IMG/VR virus record: IMGVR_UViG_3300031965_000057
Location: 1-44,787 of that record
Reading direction: 5' to 3' (one strand)
DNA length: 44,787 nucleotides
Origin: a virus
Lineage: Duplodnaviria > Caudoviricetes
The notes under the pieces are model-generated. The model was not told the origin of the DNA, searched no databases, and saw nothing but the letters and a program-made list of their open reading frames with translations. Positions 1-8,346 of the stretch are shown piece by piece (the stretch's first letter is position 1; every line of letters begins with the position of its first letter). A program made the position numbers and the translations under genes.

Positions 1-103
1 CCGGCGAGAACAGGAGGCGGCAGGTGAGTGACCCCATTCTCGACGACATGCAGCAGAAAGACGACCGCGAACGCGCCGGCCTCACCGACGACTGGCCGGA
101 GGA
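1..103 (+). repeat. Terminal direct repeat / assembly overlap, copy 1
   Basis: ccggcgagaacaggagg...gactggccggagga is identical to 44685-44787. Confidence 0.97.
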
Positions 104-161
104 CCCGCGTGAAGATGCGGAGATTGAACAGAGGTTTATGCGGGATGAGGAAGAAGAATGA
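24..161 (+). CDS. Small, very acidic hypothetical protein (45 aa, MSDPILDDMQQKDDRERAGLTDDWPEDPREDAEIEQRFMRDEEEE)
   Basis: Translated by hand: GTG at 24 after GGAGG (13-17), TGA at 159-161. It overlaps the stop of the 44314-44715 gene across the circular junction. Not in the ORF track. Confidence 0.65.
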   Translation: MSDPILDDMQQKDDRERAGLTDDWPEDPREDAEIEQRFMRDEEEE

Positions 162-188
162 CCTGCAACCCTATGAAAGGACCATATT

Positions 189-1124
189 ATGTGCCGACCA
201 TTTTCGTTTTATTGTGCTGAAATCAACGGCGAACCCAAACTCTGGTGGTCCGAGGAAAGCGACTCGCACACAGCCATCGTCAAGGAGCACCACATCCGTG
301 ACACCGGCATGGTTCCGCTGTTCGCAGGCGAGTTCTACCCCGACGATGAATCACCGTCGCCCGATCCGGCGACGTGGATTCTCAACTGGGACAGCGACGC
401 CACGAACGCCAGTCGCGACAAACCCGGCGCTGAGTTCGCCGAATCCGTCCGCGCGCAGCTCGAGCGCCTGGTTCCGCGCTGGATTGCCACGTCGGGCGAG
501 CAGGTTGTGACGGTGCGCGGCTGGGCCTGGAATTCCGCGCAGCAGACCGTCAACGGCGGTGAGGGCCGGGCCTACGACTCCGCGCAGCAGACCGTCAACG
601 GCGGTGTGGGCCGGGCCTGGAATTCCGCGCAGCAGACCGTCAACGGCGGTGTGGGCTGGGCCTGGAATTCCGCGCAGCAGACCGTCAACGGCGGTGTGGG
701 CTGGGCCTGGAATTCCGCGCAGCAGACCGTCAACGGCGGTGAGGGCCGGGCCTACGACTCCGCGCAGCAGACCGTCAACGGCGGTGAGGGCCGGGCCTGG
801 AATTCCGCGCAGCAGACCGTCAACGGCGGTGTGGGCTGGGCCTTCAACTCCGCGCAGCAGACCGTCAACGGCGGGGAGGGCTGGGCCTACGACTCCGCGC
901 AGCAGACCGTCAACGGCGGTGAGGGCCAGGCCTTCAACTCCGCGCAGCAGACCGTCAACGGCGGTGAGGGCTGGGCCTTCAACTCCGCGCAGCAGACCGT
1001 CAACGGCGGGAAGGGCTGGGCCTGCGACTCCGCGCAGCAAACGCATGTTGGCGGGCGAGCGATCAAGCTTGACGCACTTGGCAAAGTATTGAGCGATATC
1101 ACCTTGCCGGACGTGGCCGCATGA
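189..1124 (+). CDS. Repeat protein with 12 x 15-aa units (probable beta-solenoid)
   Basis: Unique N-terminus followed by (A[WYFC][ND]SAQQTVNGG[EVK]G[RWQ])n. Confidence 0.85.
   Translation: MCRPFSFYCAEINGEPKLWWSEESDSHTAIVKEHHIRDTGMVPLFAGEFYPDDESPSPDPATWILNWDSDATNASRDKPGAEFAESVRAQLERLVPRWIATSGEQVVTVRGWAWNSAQQTVNGGEGRAYDSAQQTVNGGVGRAWNSAQQTVNGGVGWAWNSAQQTVNGGVGWAWNSAQQTVNGGEGRAYDSAQQTVNGGEGRAWNSAQQTVNGGVGWAFNSAQQTVNGGEGWAYDSAQQTVNGGEGQAFNSAQQTVNGGEGWAFNSAQQTVNGGKGWACDSAQQTHVGGRAIKLDALGKVLSDITLPDVAA
519..1054 (+). repeat. 45-bp coding tandem repeat, 12 copies
   Basis: tccgcgcagca recurs every 45 bp from 534 to 1029. Confidence 0.95.
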
Positions 1125-1132
1125 CGCGGGAG

Positions 1133-1161
1133 CGGCACCGGCACCGGCACCGGCACCGGCA
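1133..1161 (+). repeat. Intergenic (CGGCAC)n microsatellite, about 5 units
   Basis: cggcaccggcaccggcaccggcaccggca is seen directly. Confidence 0.9.
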
Positions 1162-1198
1162 AGGCGGTGAAAGCCAGCCTCGCGGGTTTACAATCGAC

Positions 1199-1226
1199 TT
1201 GACACCTCATCACAAACCAGTAGCAT
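1199..1226 (+). promoter_or_regulatory. Sigma70-like promoter
   Basis: TTGACA (1199-1204), 16-nt spacer, TAGCAT (1221-1226), 7 nt before ATG 1234. The transcript may be leaderless. Confidence 0.55.
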
Positions 1227-1233
1227 TATCACC

Positions 1234-1419
1234 ATGAAAACCGAACCGCCGAAATACCGTAACATCCCAGTGCGTCAGGAAACCTTCGACCAGATCGAGG
1301 AACTGGTGCATCGCGCCAAAAAGACAACGCCCTACCACGTTAGCAAAGTTGGGTGGATGGCAGAGTTAATCGAGCGTGAGCACGCGCGGGAAATGAAGAA
1401 GAATCCGGCGAACGCTTGA
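1234..1419 (+). CDS. Small DNA-binding protein, ribbon-helix-helix-like
   Basis: 61 aa; basic strand YRNIPVR followed by two amphipathic helices. Confidence 0.55.
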   Translation: MKTEPPKYRNIPVRQETFDQIEELVHRAKKTTPYHVSKVGWMAELIEREHAREMKKNPANA

Positions 1420-1458
1420 CCACGCTGATCGGACACCTCATCACGAAAGGATGCGACG

Positions 1459-1671
1459 ATGCTGTCCCTTAACCTCATGCGCGGTGACAAGATCGTAATC
1501 GGACCACCAGAGAACCCGCTGGGCACTGTCGAATACGTGAGAGTGCACGGCAGTCATTTGGGTGCTCCCAAGATTGTTCTCGCGTTCGACTTCCCACGCG
1601 AGATTGAAGTCAATCGAGAAGTGATCGCCAAGGCGAAGGCGTACACAAGGAAGCACGAGGTGAAACCATGA
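1459..1671 (+). CDS. csrA: CsrA/RsmA-like RNA-binding translational regulator
   Basis: MLSLNLMRGDKIVIG...KIVLAFDFPREIEVNREVI matches the CsrA pattern MLILTRxxGExIxIG...VRIGIxAPxxxxVHREEI. Confidence 0.8.
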   Translation: MLSLNLMRGDKIVIGPPENPLGTVEYVRVHGSHLGAPKIVLAFDFPREIEVNREVIAKAKAYTRKHEVKP

Positions 1672-2657
1672 CATTCACACCAGAACAGATTGAGGCGCGC
1701 AAGTGCGGCATCCATCCTGGCGTGCCGTTCGACGAATACAAAAAGATTGATGCGGTTAATGCAAGCATTCTTCTCTGGGGACGATGCAGCGCCGCGCACA
1801 TGAAGGCAGCCATTGACGGTCTGATCGAACATGATTCCCCAGATTTGGCATTCGGTCGTGCATTCCACGCCCGCACGTTGGAACCCGATGTGTTCGCCGA
1901 ACGCTTCATCGCATCCGGCCCATGCTCCGAACAGTTGAAGTCAGGCCCACGCAAAGGCGAGCCATGCGGAAACGGCGGCGCGGTGATGCGAGATGGCCAA
2001 TGGCTGTGCGGCGTACACGGCAAAGGGATTGAGCCGCTCTCGCCTCCAATCGAAATCATCACGCCCGACGAGGCAGCGCGGATTGATGGCATGAACACGA
2101 GCGTCCGAGCGCACCCGATCATCAGCCAGATTCGACGCCGCGGCGGGTTCGAGACGACAGTTCTCGGCGAAATCGACAATGTGGTGTGCAAGGTTCGATT
2201 TGACAAGCTGATTATCGAAGGCCGTCCCGTAGCTTTGGACCTGAAAAAATGCAGGCTCGGTCATGCGATCCCGCATAAGATTCACCGTAGCGTTTTCGAC
2301 TACGGTTATCACGTTCGAGCCGCGTTCTACCAAGACGTACTCCAATCCGCAGGTGGCCCGAAGGACGTTCCCTACATCTTGGTCTACGTCGAAGAGCAAC
2401 CGCCCTACGCCGTGTCATGCGTTGAGTTGGACGATGAATGGCGGGAGATCGGGCGGCTTGAATACCGCCGGCTCTTAGGGGTCTATCGACACGGTGTCGC
2501 AACCGGCGAATGGCCCGCGTACACAGATGAGGACGGCAAGGTGGACGTGTGGCAGTCGCACCCGCCCCAATGGGTGGTCGATCGCACCAATGATCTTCCG
2601 GTTACAAAGGATTTGGTGGAAGTTCCATCGACTCCCGATGACGACATTGTTTGGTAA
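1668..2657 (+). CDS. RecE/exonuclease VIII-like PD-(D/E)XK nuclease (DUF3799-type)
   Basis: FGRAFHARTLEP, CKVRFDKL, DLKK, YGYHVRAAFY, VEEQPPY motifs, plus an inserted Cys/His segment. Confidence 0.85.
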   Translation: MTFTPEQIEARKCGIHPGVPFDEYKKIDAVNASILLWGRCSAAHMKAAIDGLIEHDSPDLAFGRAFHARTLEPDVFAERFIASGPCSEQLKSGPRKGEPCGNGGAVMRDGQWLCGVHGKGIEPLSPPIEIITPDEAARIDGMNTSVRAHPIISQIRRRGGFETTVLGEIDNVVCKVRFDKLIIEGRPVALDLKKCRLGHAIPHKIHRSVFDYGYHVRAAFYQDVLQSAGGPKDVPYILVYVEEQPPYAVSCVELDDEWREIGRLEYRRLLGVYRHGVATGEWPAYTDEDGKVDVWQSHPPQWVVDRTNDLPVTKDLVEVPSTPDDDIVW

Positions 2658-2670
2658 AAGGAGCAATGCG

Positions 2671-3717
2671 ATGCAAACAGAAGTCGTTGACAATCTTCCA
2701 TCGGAAGCGACACATGAATCAAACGGTATGATGGAGGTCGCCACGACGCGGGCCGCGCAAGAAGTGCAGGCCGCAATGGTGATCGCCAAGCGATTCCCGC
2801 GCGACCAACAAGCATCGTTCTCCCGCATTATGACAGCGTGCAGGCGGCGCATTCTGGCTGAGGCCAGTCAATACGCATTCCCGCGCGGAGGCCAGACTGT
2901 CACGGGGCCAAGCATTAGACTGGCGGAAGTTCTGGCACAAGCGTGGGGCAACTTGGCGTGCGGGACAATCGAACTGGAGCAACGAGACGGCGAATCAGTG
3001 ATGATGTCTTATGCGTGGGACTTGGAGACGAACACGCGATGCGACAAGATTTTCAGCGTCCCCCACGTGCGCGACACTCGCAATGGCCGTAAGAAACTGG
3101 AGGATGCTCGTGACGTGTACGAGATGACGGCGAACATGGGGGCGCGTCGATTGCGCGCCTGTATTCTCGCGGTGATCCCCGGCGATGTGGTCGAGGCGGC
3201 GATCGCGGAGTGCGATAAGACCCTCAAGGGCAATAGCACCGAGCCGCTGATCGATCGTGTGCGCAAGATGGTCAGTGCATTTTCCGAATTGAGCGTCACT
3301 GTCGAAATGCTCGAGCGCCGCGTCGGCCATAGGTTGGACGCAACGAATGACTTGGAACTGGTCCAGCTTCGCAAGATTTATCAGTCGATCAAGGACAACA
3401 TGGCCAGTCGAGAGCAGTTTTTCCCAACACCCGCGCGAGGATTCAAGATCGCCGACGAAGAGCCACAGAACGGGGATCAGGCGCTCTCACCAGACCCAAC
3501 AGAACCTGACCCGGAACCGACGCAGCCGGACCCCACGACCGCCAAGCACCGGTCGCTGGTGGTGCAGGTGGCGAACGACAAGGGCATCACGGTGGAAGAG
3601 GCAGAGGCGGCGCTGCTGGCGTTCAGTCAGAAGATGCTTGGCGGCCTGCCGGCGGACCTGAGCGCGGCGAAGTACAAGGCGCTGGTGAAGCACGTGGAGA
3701 ACGGCGACATCGGCTAG
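2671..3717 (+). CDS. Conserved phage protein, putative single-strand annealing protein
   Basis: AKRFPRD...GPSIRLAE...WGN...WDLETN...ARRLRACIL family, usually found next to phage exonucleases. ATG 2671 follows AAGGAG. The function is inferred from context. Confidence 0.65.
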   Translation: MQTEVVDNLPSEATHESNGMMEVATTRAAQEVQAAMVIAKRFPRDQQASFSRIMTACRRRILAEASQYAFPRGGQTVTGPSIRLAEVLAQAWGNLACGTIELEQRDGESVMMSYAWDLETNTRCDKIFSVPHVRDTRNGRKKLEDARDVYEMTANMGARRLRACILAVIPGDVVEAAIAECDKTLKGNSTEPLIDRVRKMVSAFSELSVTVEMLERRVGHRLDATNDLELVQLRKIYQSIKDNMASREQFFPTPARGFKIADEEPQNGDQALSPDPTEPDPEPTQPDPTTAKHRSLVVQVANDKGITVEEAEAALLAFSQKMLGGLPADLSAAKYKALVKHVENGDIG

Positions 3718-3775
3718 TTGATCCCATCCTCACCACTGACCAACACCACCAACCCCCTTTCAGGATACGACGATC

Positions 3776-3934
3776 ATGGAAACGACCACGGAAGTACCGG
3801 TGCCCGCAACACCCGCGCCCGTCACCATCCCGCGCCCGGAGACCGTGCAGCGCGAGATCGACACGCGGACCAAGGAACTGAAAGAACTGCGCTGGCAGTT
3901 GCGCGTGAGCAAGCGCGTCTACGGCGTGGAATGA
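3776..3934 (+). CDS. Hypothetical protein (52 aa, METTTEVPVPATPAP...)
   Basis: Translated by hand; AGGA upstream; coiled-coil-like C-terminal half. Confidence 0.6.
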   Translation: METTTEVPVPATPAPVTIPRPETVQREIDTRTKELKELRWQLRVSKRVYGVE

Positions 3935-3946
3935 CAGTGCCACCGG

Positions 3947-3982
3947 AGCCTCGCTCGGCTGTGAAAGGCCGGGCGGGGTTTT
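3947..3982 (+). terminator. Possible intrinsic terminator hairpin
   Basis: gcctcgctcggct-gtgaa-aggccgggcggggt followed by ttt. Confidence 0.4.
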
Positions 3983-4063
3983 ATGCCTGACTCCCCCGAA
4001 ACCTACGCGGACTGGCGGCATGACGCCTTCCGCTTTCTCAAACCCTCTGAATGGAGGCCCACA

Positions 4064-4366
4064 ATGGCCAAAGCAGCAGTCGAAGAACCCGGCGAGCAGT
4101 TGGACCTGATCGAAATCACCCCGGAGAACGCCAAGGTGATCCAGAAAATCGCCAAGGCGTACAAGAAGATCGTGCGCGAACGGCTGGCGATCCAGCAGAA
4201 AGAGAAAGACCTGAAAGACAAACTGTTGGACGCGGTGCATGAGGCGGAGATTGTGCCGGACGCTGACGGCAAGTACACGTTCTCCTGCGGCAACGACGTC
4301 ATCATCACCGTGACGCCGCGGGATGAACTCGTGCAGGTCAAGACGCCGGACAACGACGACGAATAA
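4064..4366 (+). CDS. Hypothetical coiled-coil protein
   Basis: ATG 4064 after GGAGG; coding-like composition. Confidence 0.7.
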   Translation: MAKAAVEEPGEQLDLIEITPENAKVIQKIAKAYKKIVRERLAIQQKEKDLKDKLLDAVHEAEIVPDADGKYTFSCGNDVIITVTPRDELVQVKTPDNDDE

Positions 4367-4382
4367 TCTCTTTCTCCTTCGA

Positions 4383-4416
4383 GGATTCCGCCGGGGTTAA
4401 AGCCGGCGGAGTCTTT
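4383..4416 (+). terminator. Stem-loop / probable intrinsic terminator
   Basis: gattccgccgg-ggttaaag-ccggcggagtc followed by ttt. Confidence 0.55.
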
Positions 4417-4422
4417 CCCAAG

Positions 4423-4866
4423 ATGCCTAAAAAATCATCCACCAGCCCGACCGCCCGCACGCTGAAAGAGCTTGCCCGACAAGGCTATCTCGCCGGCGTC
4501 GTCGAGCGCCGTCTTCCGACGATCGACCCCAAAACGAAGAAGCCCAGCAGCTTCCTCAAGGACCTGTTCGGTTTCATTGACATCATCGCCATCAAGGACG
4601 ATGTGACGCTTGGCGTGCAGGCCACGTCGCGCGCCAACATGAGCGCCAGGGTGGCGAAGATTCAGGCCGAGCCAAACGCCCGGCGATGGCTGCTGGGACA
4701 GTGCCGGCGCCGCATCGAGGTGTGGGGCTGGGCGAAGTACAAGGAGGGCAACTCGTTGCGCTGGCGGCAGACGGTGGTGGAAGTGACGCTGGACGGTGTG
4801 ACCAAGACGACTGTACCGACGATGCCGAAGCGGCTGTTGAATAAACAGAAAACACTGTTTTCGTAA
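4423..4866 (+). CDS. Restriction-endonuclease-fold nuclease (Holliday junction resolvase-like)
   Basis: GYLAGVVE...DLFGFIDIIAIK...GVQATS pattern common in phage resolvase-like proteins. Confidence 0.65.
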   Translation: MPKKSSTSPTARTLKELARQGYLAGVVERRLPTIDPKTKKPSSFLKDLFGFIDIIAIKDDVTLGVQATSRANMSARVAKIQAEPNARRWLLGQCRRRIEVWGWAKYKEGNSLRWRQTVVEVTLDGVTKTTVPTMPKRLLNKQKTLFS

Positions 4867-4878
4867 AGGTTTCTCACA

Positions 4879-5514
4879 ATGATCCACTTCACCTCCACCG
4901 CCACGCGCACACCTGAACTGGTCGAGCCGTGCTTCCGCTCGTTCGCCCAGAACCTGTGCGGCGTCGAACTGGACAAGTGCCGGTTGTTCCTGAACATCGA
5001 CCCGGTGCCGGCGGACCGCACCAGCACGGAAGTGATCCGCATCGCGGCCAGCTACTTCGGCGACGTGGTGGTCAACGAGCCGATGGAGCCTTCGTTTCCC
5101 AAGGCGGTGAAGTGGTGCTTTTCGCAACCGGACCCTCTGGGCATTTGCGTCCACATAGAGGCAGACTGGGAGTTGTTACAGCCGGTTAACGTCCCCGTGT
5201 TGAGCATGATCTCGCGCGGCGTGCTGAACCTGCGCGCCCACGCACACTTCGGCCAGACGAAGCGCTGCTTCCTGTCTCCCGGCATCTGGCGATCGGCCGC
5301 GATGAGGATGGTGGGCGATGGTCTTGACGGCGAGAGTAATCCGGAGGTCAACCTGTGGCGGCTTACCGACCACCTGCGTTGCGGCCACTACTACGGCGAC
5401 CGCGTGCTGGTCCGCGACCTCGGCCGCCAGTGGCAGGAGACAAGCGGGTACGTGAAGGACACGCCCAAGCCCGTCAGGGGCATCCACCACTGGACGAAGT
5501 GGGTGAAGAAATGA
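4879..5514 (+). CDS. Putative GT-A fold glycosyltransferase
   Basis: TATRTPEL N-terminus, FLNIDP, HIEADWEL (variant of the EDDW metal-binding motif), SPGIWR, VRDLGR. Confidence 0.55.
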   Translation: MIHFTSTATRTPELVEPCFRSFAQNLCGVELDKCRLFLNIDPVPADRTSTEVIRIAASYFGDVVVNEPMEPSFPKAVKWCFSQPDPLGICVHIEADWELLQPVNVPVLSMISRGVLNLRAHAHFGQTKRCFLSPGIWRSAAMRMVGDGLDGESNPEVNLWRLTDHLRCGHYYGDRVLVRDLGRQWQETSGYVKDTPKPVRGIHHWTKWVKK

Positions 5515-6872
5515 AACCCAAGCGCGTAGAAGTCAACCTGCGCGGCCTGATCGAAGGCGCTCCCCCGCACGACATCCAGGCGGAGGCGGCGTGCCTCGGC
5601 TGCGTGCTGCTGGAACCGGCGTACCTGGCCGACGTGTCGCACTGGGTTGAACCGGCAGACTTCTACGACAGCAAGCACGAGGCGATCTATGCCGCGATGA
5701 TGGCTGTGGCGGCAAGTGGTGGCAGGTCGGACATCGTGCGGGTGCGCACGGCCCTGGCGGAGTCCGGCAAGCTCGAACAGGTCGGCGGCGTGGAGTACCT
5801 ACTGCGAGTTGGCGAGAGCGTGCCGGACGCGACGGCGGCGGGCTACTACGCGCGGACTGTTGCGACCAAGGCGCGGCGCCGGCGCATGGCGGACGCGGCC
5901 GGCAAGGCGCTGTACGCGGCGCTGGGGCAGATGACGGACGATGATGCGATGGCGCTGGCAGAGTCGGCGCTTACCAGCGTTGCGGCGGAAGTGGCGGCGG
6001 ACGATCAAGCGTTCAGCGCAGCGGAGTTGATGCAGATCGTAGCCGCGCACCTGGTGAGCGAGACAAGCACACAGGGCGGGATACTCACCCACTACCCGAT
6101 CCTTGACGACATGATCGGCGGGCTGCACGCGGGAGAACTGACCACGATCGCCGGTCGGCCCAGCATGGGCAAGTCTGCGGTGATGCTATGTCTGGCGGCG
6201 GAGTTGGCGGCGCACGATGTTCCGGTCGGGATCGTGTCGCTGGAGATGTCAGCGCAGGAGATTGGCCAGCGGTTGCTGAGCCGGCATTCTCGCCGTCCGT
6301 TGCAGGCAATCCGTCTGCGGCATCGCAACCTCTTTGACGCATCCGACCTGATTCCGGCGCAGGCGCAGATAGCACAGTGGCCCCTGCATGTAGAGTGTCC
6401 GTCGCGCGTGTCGATCACATCGTTCCGCGGCATCGCAGACAGGATGGTGACCAAGCACAAGGTGCGCGTGGTGTTCCTCGATTACCTGGGCCTGGTGACG
6501 TTGCCGGACGCGGAGCGAGAGGACATTGCCTATGGCGTGCTGACGCGCACGTTCAAGGCGATCGCTCGTGAGTTTGAGATATCCATCGTCGCGCTGCACC
6601 AACTGAACCGGCAGAGCGAGTCGCGCGCGGACCATCGGCCGAAGATGTCCGACCTGAGAAGTTCCGGCAACATTGAGCAGGACAGCGATAACGTGGTGCT
6701 GGTCCACCGCGAGGATTACTACGCGCAGCAGAAGGCGGGCGCTCAGTTGACGAACGAAGTTGAATTGATCGTGGCGAAGCAGCGGCAGGGTCCGACAGGC
6801 GTTGTCAAGCTGCGCTTCGTGCCGGAGTTTGCGAGTATGGAGAACATAGCGCACGAGTCGACGGAGTTTTGA
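5511..6872 (+). CDS. dnaB: Replicative DNA helicase DnaB
   Basis: PPHDIQAE N-domain, Walker A GRPSMGKS, SLEM, FLDYL, QLNR, SDLRSSGNIEQDSD, KQRQGPTG. Confidence 0.95.
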   Translation: MKPKRVEVNLRGLIEGAPPHDIQAEAACLGCVLLEPAYLADVSHWVEPADFYDSKHEAIYAAMMAVAASGGRSDIVRVRTALAESGKLEQVGGVEYLLRVGESVPDATAAGYYARTVATKARRRRMADAAGKALYAALGQMTDDDAMALAESALTSVAAEVAADDQAFSAAELMQIVAAHLVSETSTQGGILTHYPILDDMIGGLHAGELTTIAGRPSMGKSAVMLCLAAELAAHDVPVGIVSLEMSAQEIGQRLLSRHSRRPLQAIRLRHRNLFDASDLIPAQAQIAQWPLHVECPSRVSITSFRGIADRMVTKHKVRVVFLDYLGLVTLPDAEREDIAYGVLTRTFKAIAREFEISIVALHQLNRQSESRADHRPKMSDLRSSGNIEQDSDNVVLVHREDYYAQQKAGAQLTNEVELIVAKQRQGPTGVVKLRFVPEFASMENIAHESTEF

Positions 6873-6885
6873 CAGGAGCCGCGAA

Positions 6886-7080
6886 ATGAAAAAAAAGACG
6901 ACGACGAAACACCCCGACGCGATCGCATGGGATGAGTTTCTGGCAAGCGAACGAGGCGCGCGATGCACCCAGCCGTTAGGGCTGCCTAACCAGCGGACGT
7001 ACATGGAGAACCGGCTTTTCTGGGCATTCCGCGCCGGCATTGAACACGGGCGATCGACACCGCAACCCAAGCGGAAATGA
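6886..7080 (+). CDS. Hypothetical protein
   Basis: AGGAG ribosome-binding site; fits the operon. Confidence 0.6.
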   Translation: MKKKTTTKHPDAIAWDEFLASERGARCTQPLGLPNQRTYMENRLFWAFRAGIEHGRSTPQPKRK

Positions 7081-7155
7081 AAGGACCAACTCATGCTTGA
7101 CTTGACCGAGGGATCGTGTCGACCAGCTAATCCTCGAAATCAAACAGGAGCAGCC

Positions 7156-7839
7156 ATGACTATCAACAGACGAGAGTTCGTTTCCATCCTCGGCGCGGGT
7201 GCCGCGTCGCTCATCATCGGCCCAGCCGCGCACGGCGAAGATATCCCCACCTGGATGCAGGCGTGGTGCGACGACAAAGACTGCAAGTACGACCTGTCGC
7301 GCCCGTTCGTGATCGGCGGGTTTGCCTACGCCACGAACGGTTACGCGGCGGTGCGCGTGCCGACGCGACTGCCCGACACACGCAGAGACCGCGAGCCTCC
7401 CGCGCACAAGCTGGCCTGGGACGCGGATCGCCGATATTGGCGATGGCCGGTGGGATTGACGCGGCATGGGCGCACGTGCATGTGGTGTTGCGGTGACGGC
7501 AAGCGGTACAAAGCAATTACCTGCCCTAAATGTAACGGCTGCGGATGTGCTGAGTGCTGCGGATTCGGCGAGGTTTCTGTGCCTGCCGGTAAGTGTGCTC
7601 GCTGCTGGGGAACCGGAACGGACGTGATCCGCCACGTACCCGGCGCGACGCACGGCATCAGCGATCAGTACGGGTTGTTGGTGGACATGCTGCCGGGCGT
7701 CGAATACACGCCGGCGGACAGGAGTGTGATGGTGTTGCGCCCCTTGTGGGTGTTGCCGAACCCCGAAACCGAGTGGCGGTTCCGCTTCCACGGCGGGCAG
7801 GCCCTGATCTGCGAAACCGAGTTTTACCCCAACAAATGA
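7156..7839 (+). CDS. Twin-arginine-signal-like protein with a DnaJ-type CxxCxGxG zinc finger
   Basis: MTINRREFVSILGAGAASLIIGPAAHG, then CMWCCGDG, CPKCNGCG, CAECCGFG, CARCWGTG. ATG follows AGGAG. Confidence 0.7.
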   Translation: MTINRREFVSILGAGAASLIIGPAAHGEDIPTWMQAWCDDKDCKYDLSRPFVIGGFAYATNGYAAVRVPTRLPDTRRDREPPAHKLAWDADRRYWRWPVGLTRHGRTCMWCCGDGKRYKAITCPKCNGCGCAECCGFGEVSVPAGKCARCWGTGTDVIRHVPGATHGISDQYGLLVDMLPGVEYTPADRSVMVLRPLWVLPNPETEWRFRFHGGQALICETEFYPNK

Positions 7840-7864
7840 CCACCAACCCCACGAAAGAAAAACC

Positions 7865-8092
7865 ATGAGCGAGGCCAACCCAAAAGAACTGCCGGAAACC
7901 GTTTACGTTCAGGTCGGTAAGGATATCAATAGCGATGAGCCGTGGCTCATTGCGTGCAGGGAGGAAATGGAAGCAGTGGAAGCTGACCTCGGCGATCGCG
8001 TGCCCGGCGAGATGGTCGGCGTGTACGGATTGGTCAAAGTTGTCAGGATGGAAAAGTCAGTGGAAGTGAGAGAGATAATTGTGTCCAAATGA
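7865..8092 (+). CDS. Hypothetical protein
   Basis: ORF in the + strand operon. Confidence 0.65.
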   Translation: MSEANPKELPETVYVQVGKDINSDEPWLIACREEMEAVEADLGDRVPGEMVGVYGLVKVVRMEKSVEVREIIVSK

Positions 8093-8265
8093 CCACCCGC
8101 CCCAACATCCCGGCCAGCGTGCACAGTGAGTCCGCGTGTGTGGCGGTGCTGGATGCCGTCTGCTTCCGCTGCGGGCGCGACATGAGCACGGTGAGCGGCG
8201 GGATCGGGAACGTAGACCACGCCGGGGGGCGATGGTGCGGCTGCACCGAAAGGAATGAACCATGA
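8089..8265 (+). CDS. Small Cys-rich hypothetical protein (CFRC...WCGC)
   Basis: Translated by hand; ATGA overlaps on both sides. Confidence 0.5.
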   Translation: MTTRPNIPASVHSESACVAVLDAVCFRCGRDMSTVSGGIGNVDHAGGRWCGCTERNEP

Positions 8266-8345
8266 CCCCCCGCGCCAAAATCTACGTTGTCATGGTCACG
8301 GTGGCGATGGTGTTGGCGTGGCTGATATCCAGAACAGGAGCATGA
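8262..8345 (+). CDS. Tiny single-TM peptide (MTPRAKIYVVMVTVAMVLAWLISRTGA)
   Basis: Translated by hand; coupled start; hydrophobic stretch. Confidence 0.45.
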   Translation: MTPRAKIYVVMVTVAMVLAWLISRTGA

Positions 8346-8346
8346 T

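Noticed and set aside
1-103. End repeat as a biological terminal repeat or att site
   Set aside because: It falls inside coding sequence and looks like an assembler overlap of a circular contig. It cannot be called a physical terminus without read-end data.
519-1054. 45-bp array as a CRISPR array or DGR template/variable repeat
   Set aside because: There are no unique spacers, the unit is in-frame coding, variation is not adenine-specific, and the genome has no cas or reverse transcriptase gene.
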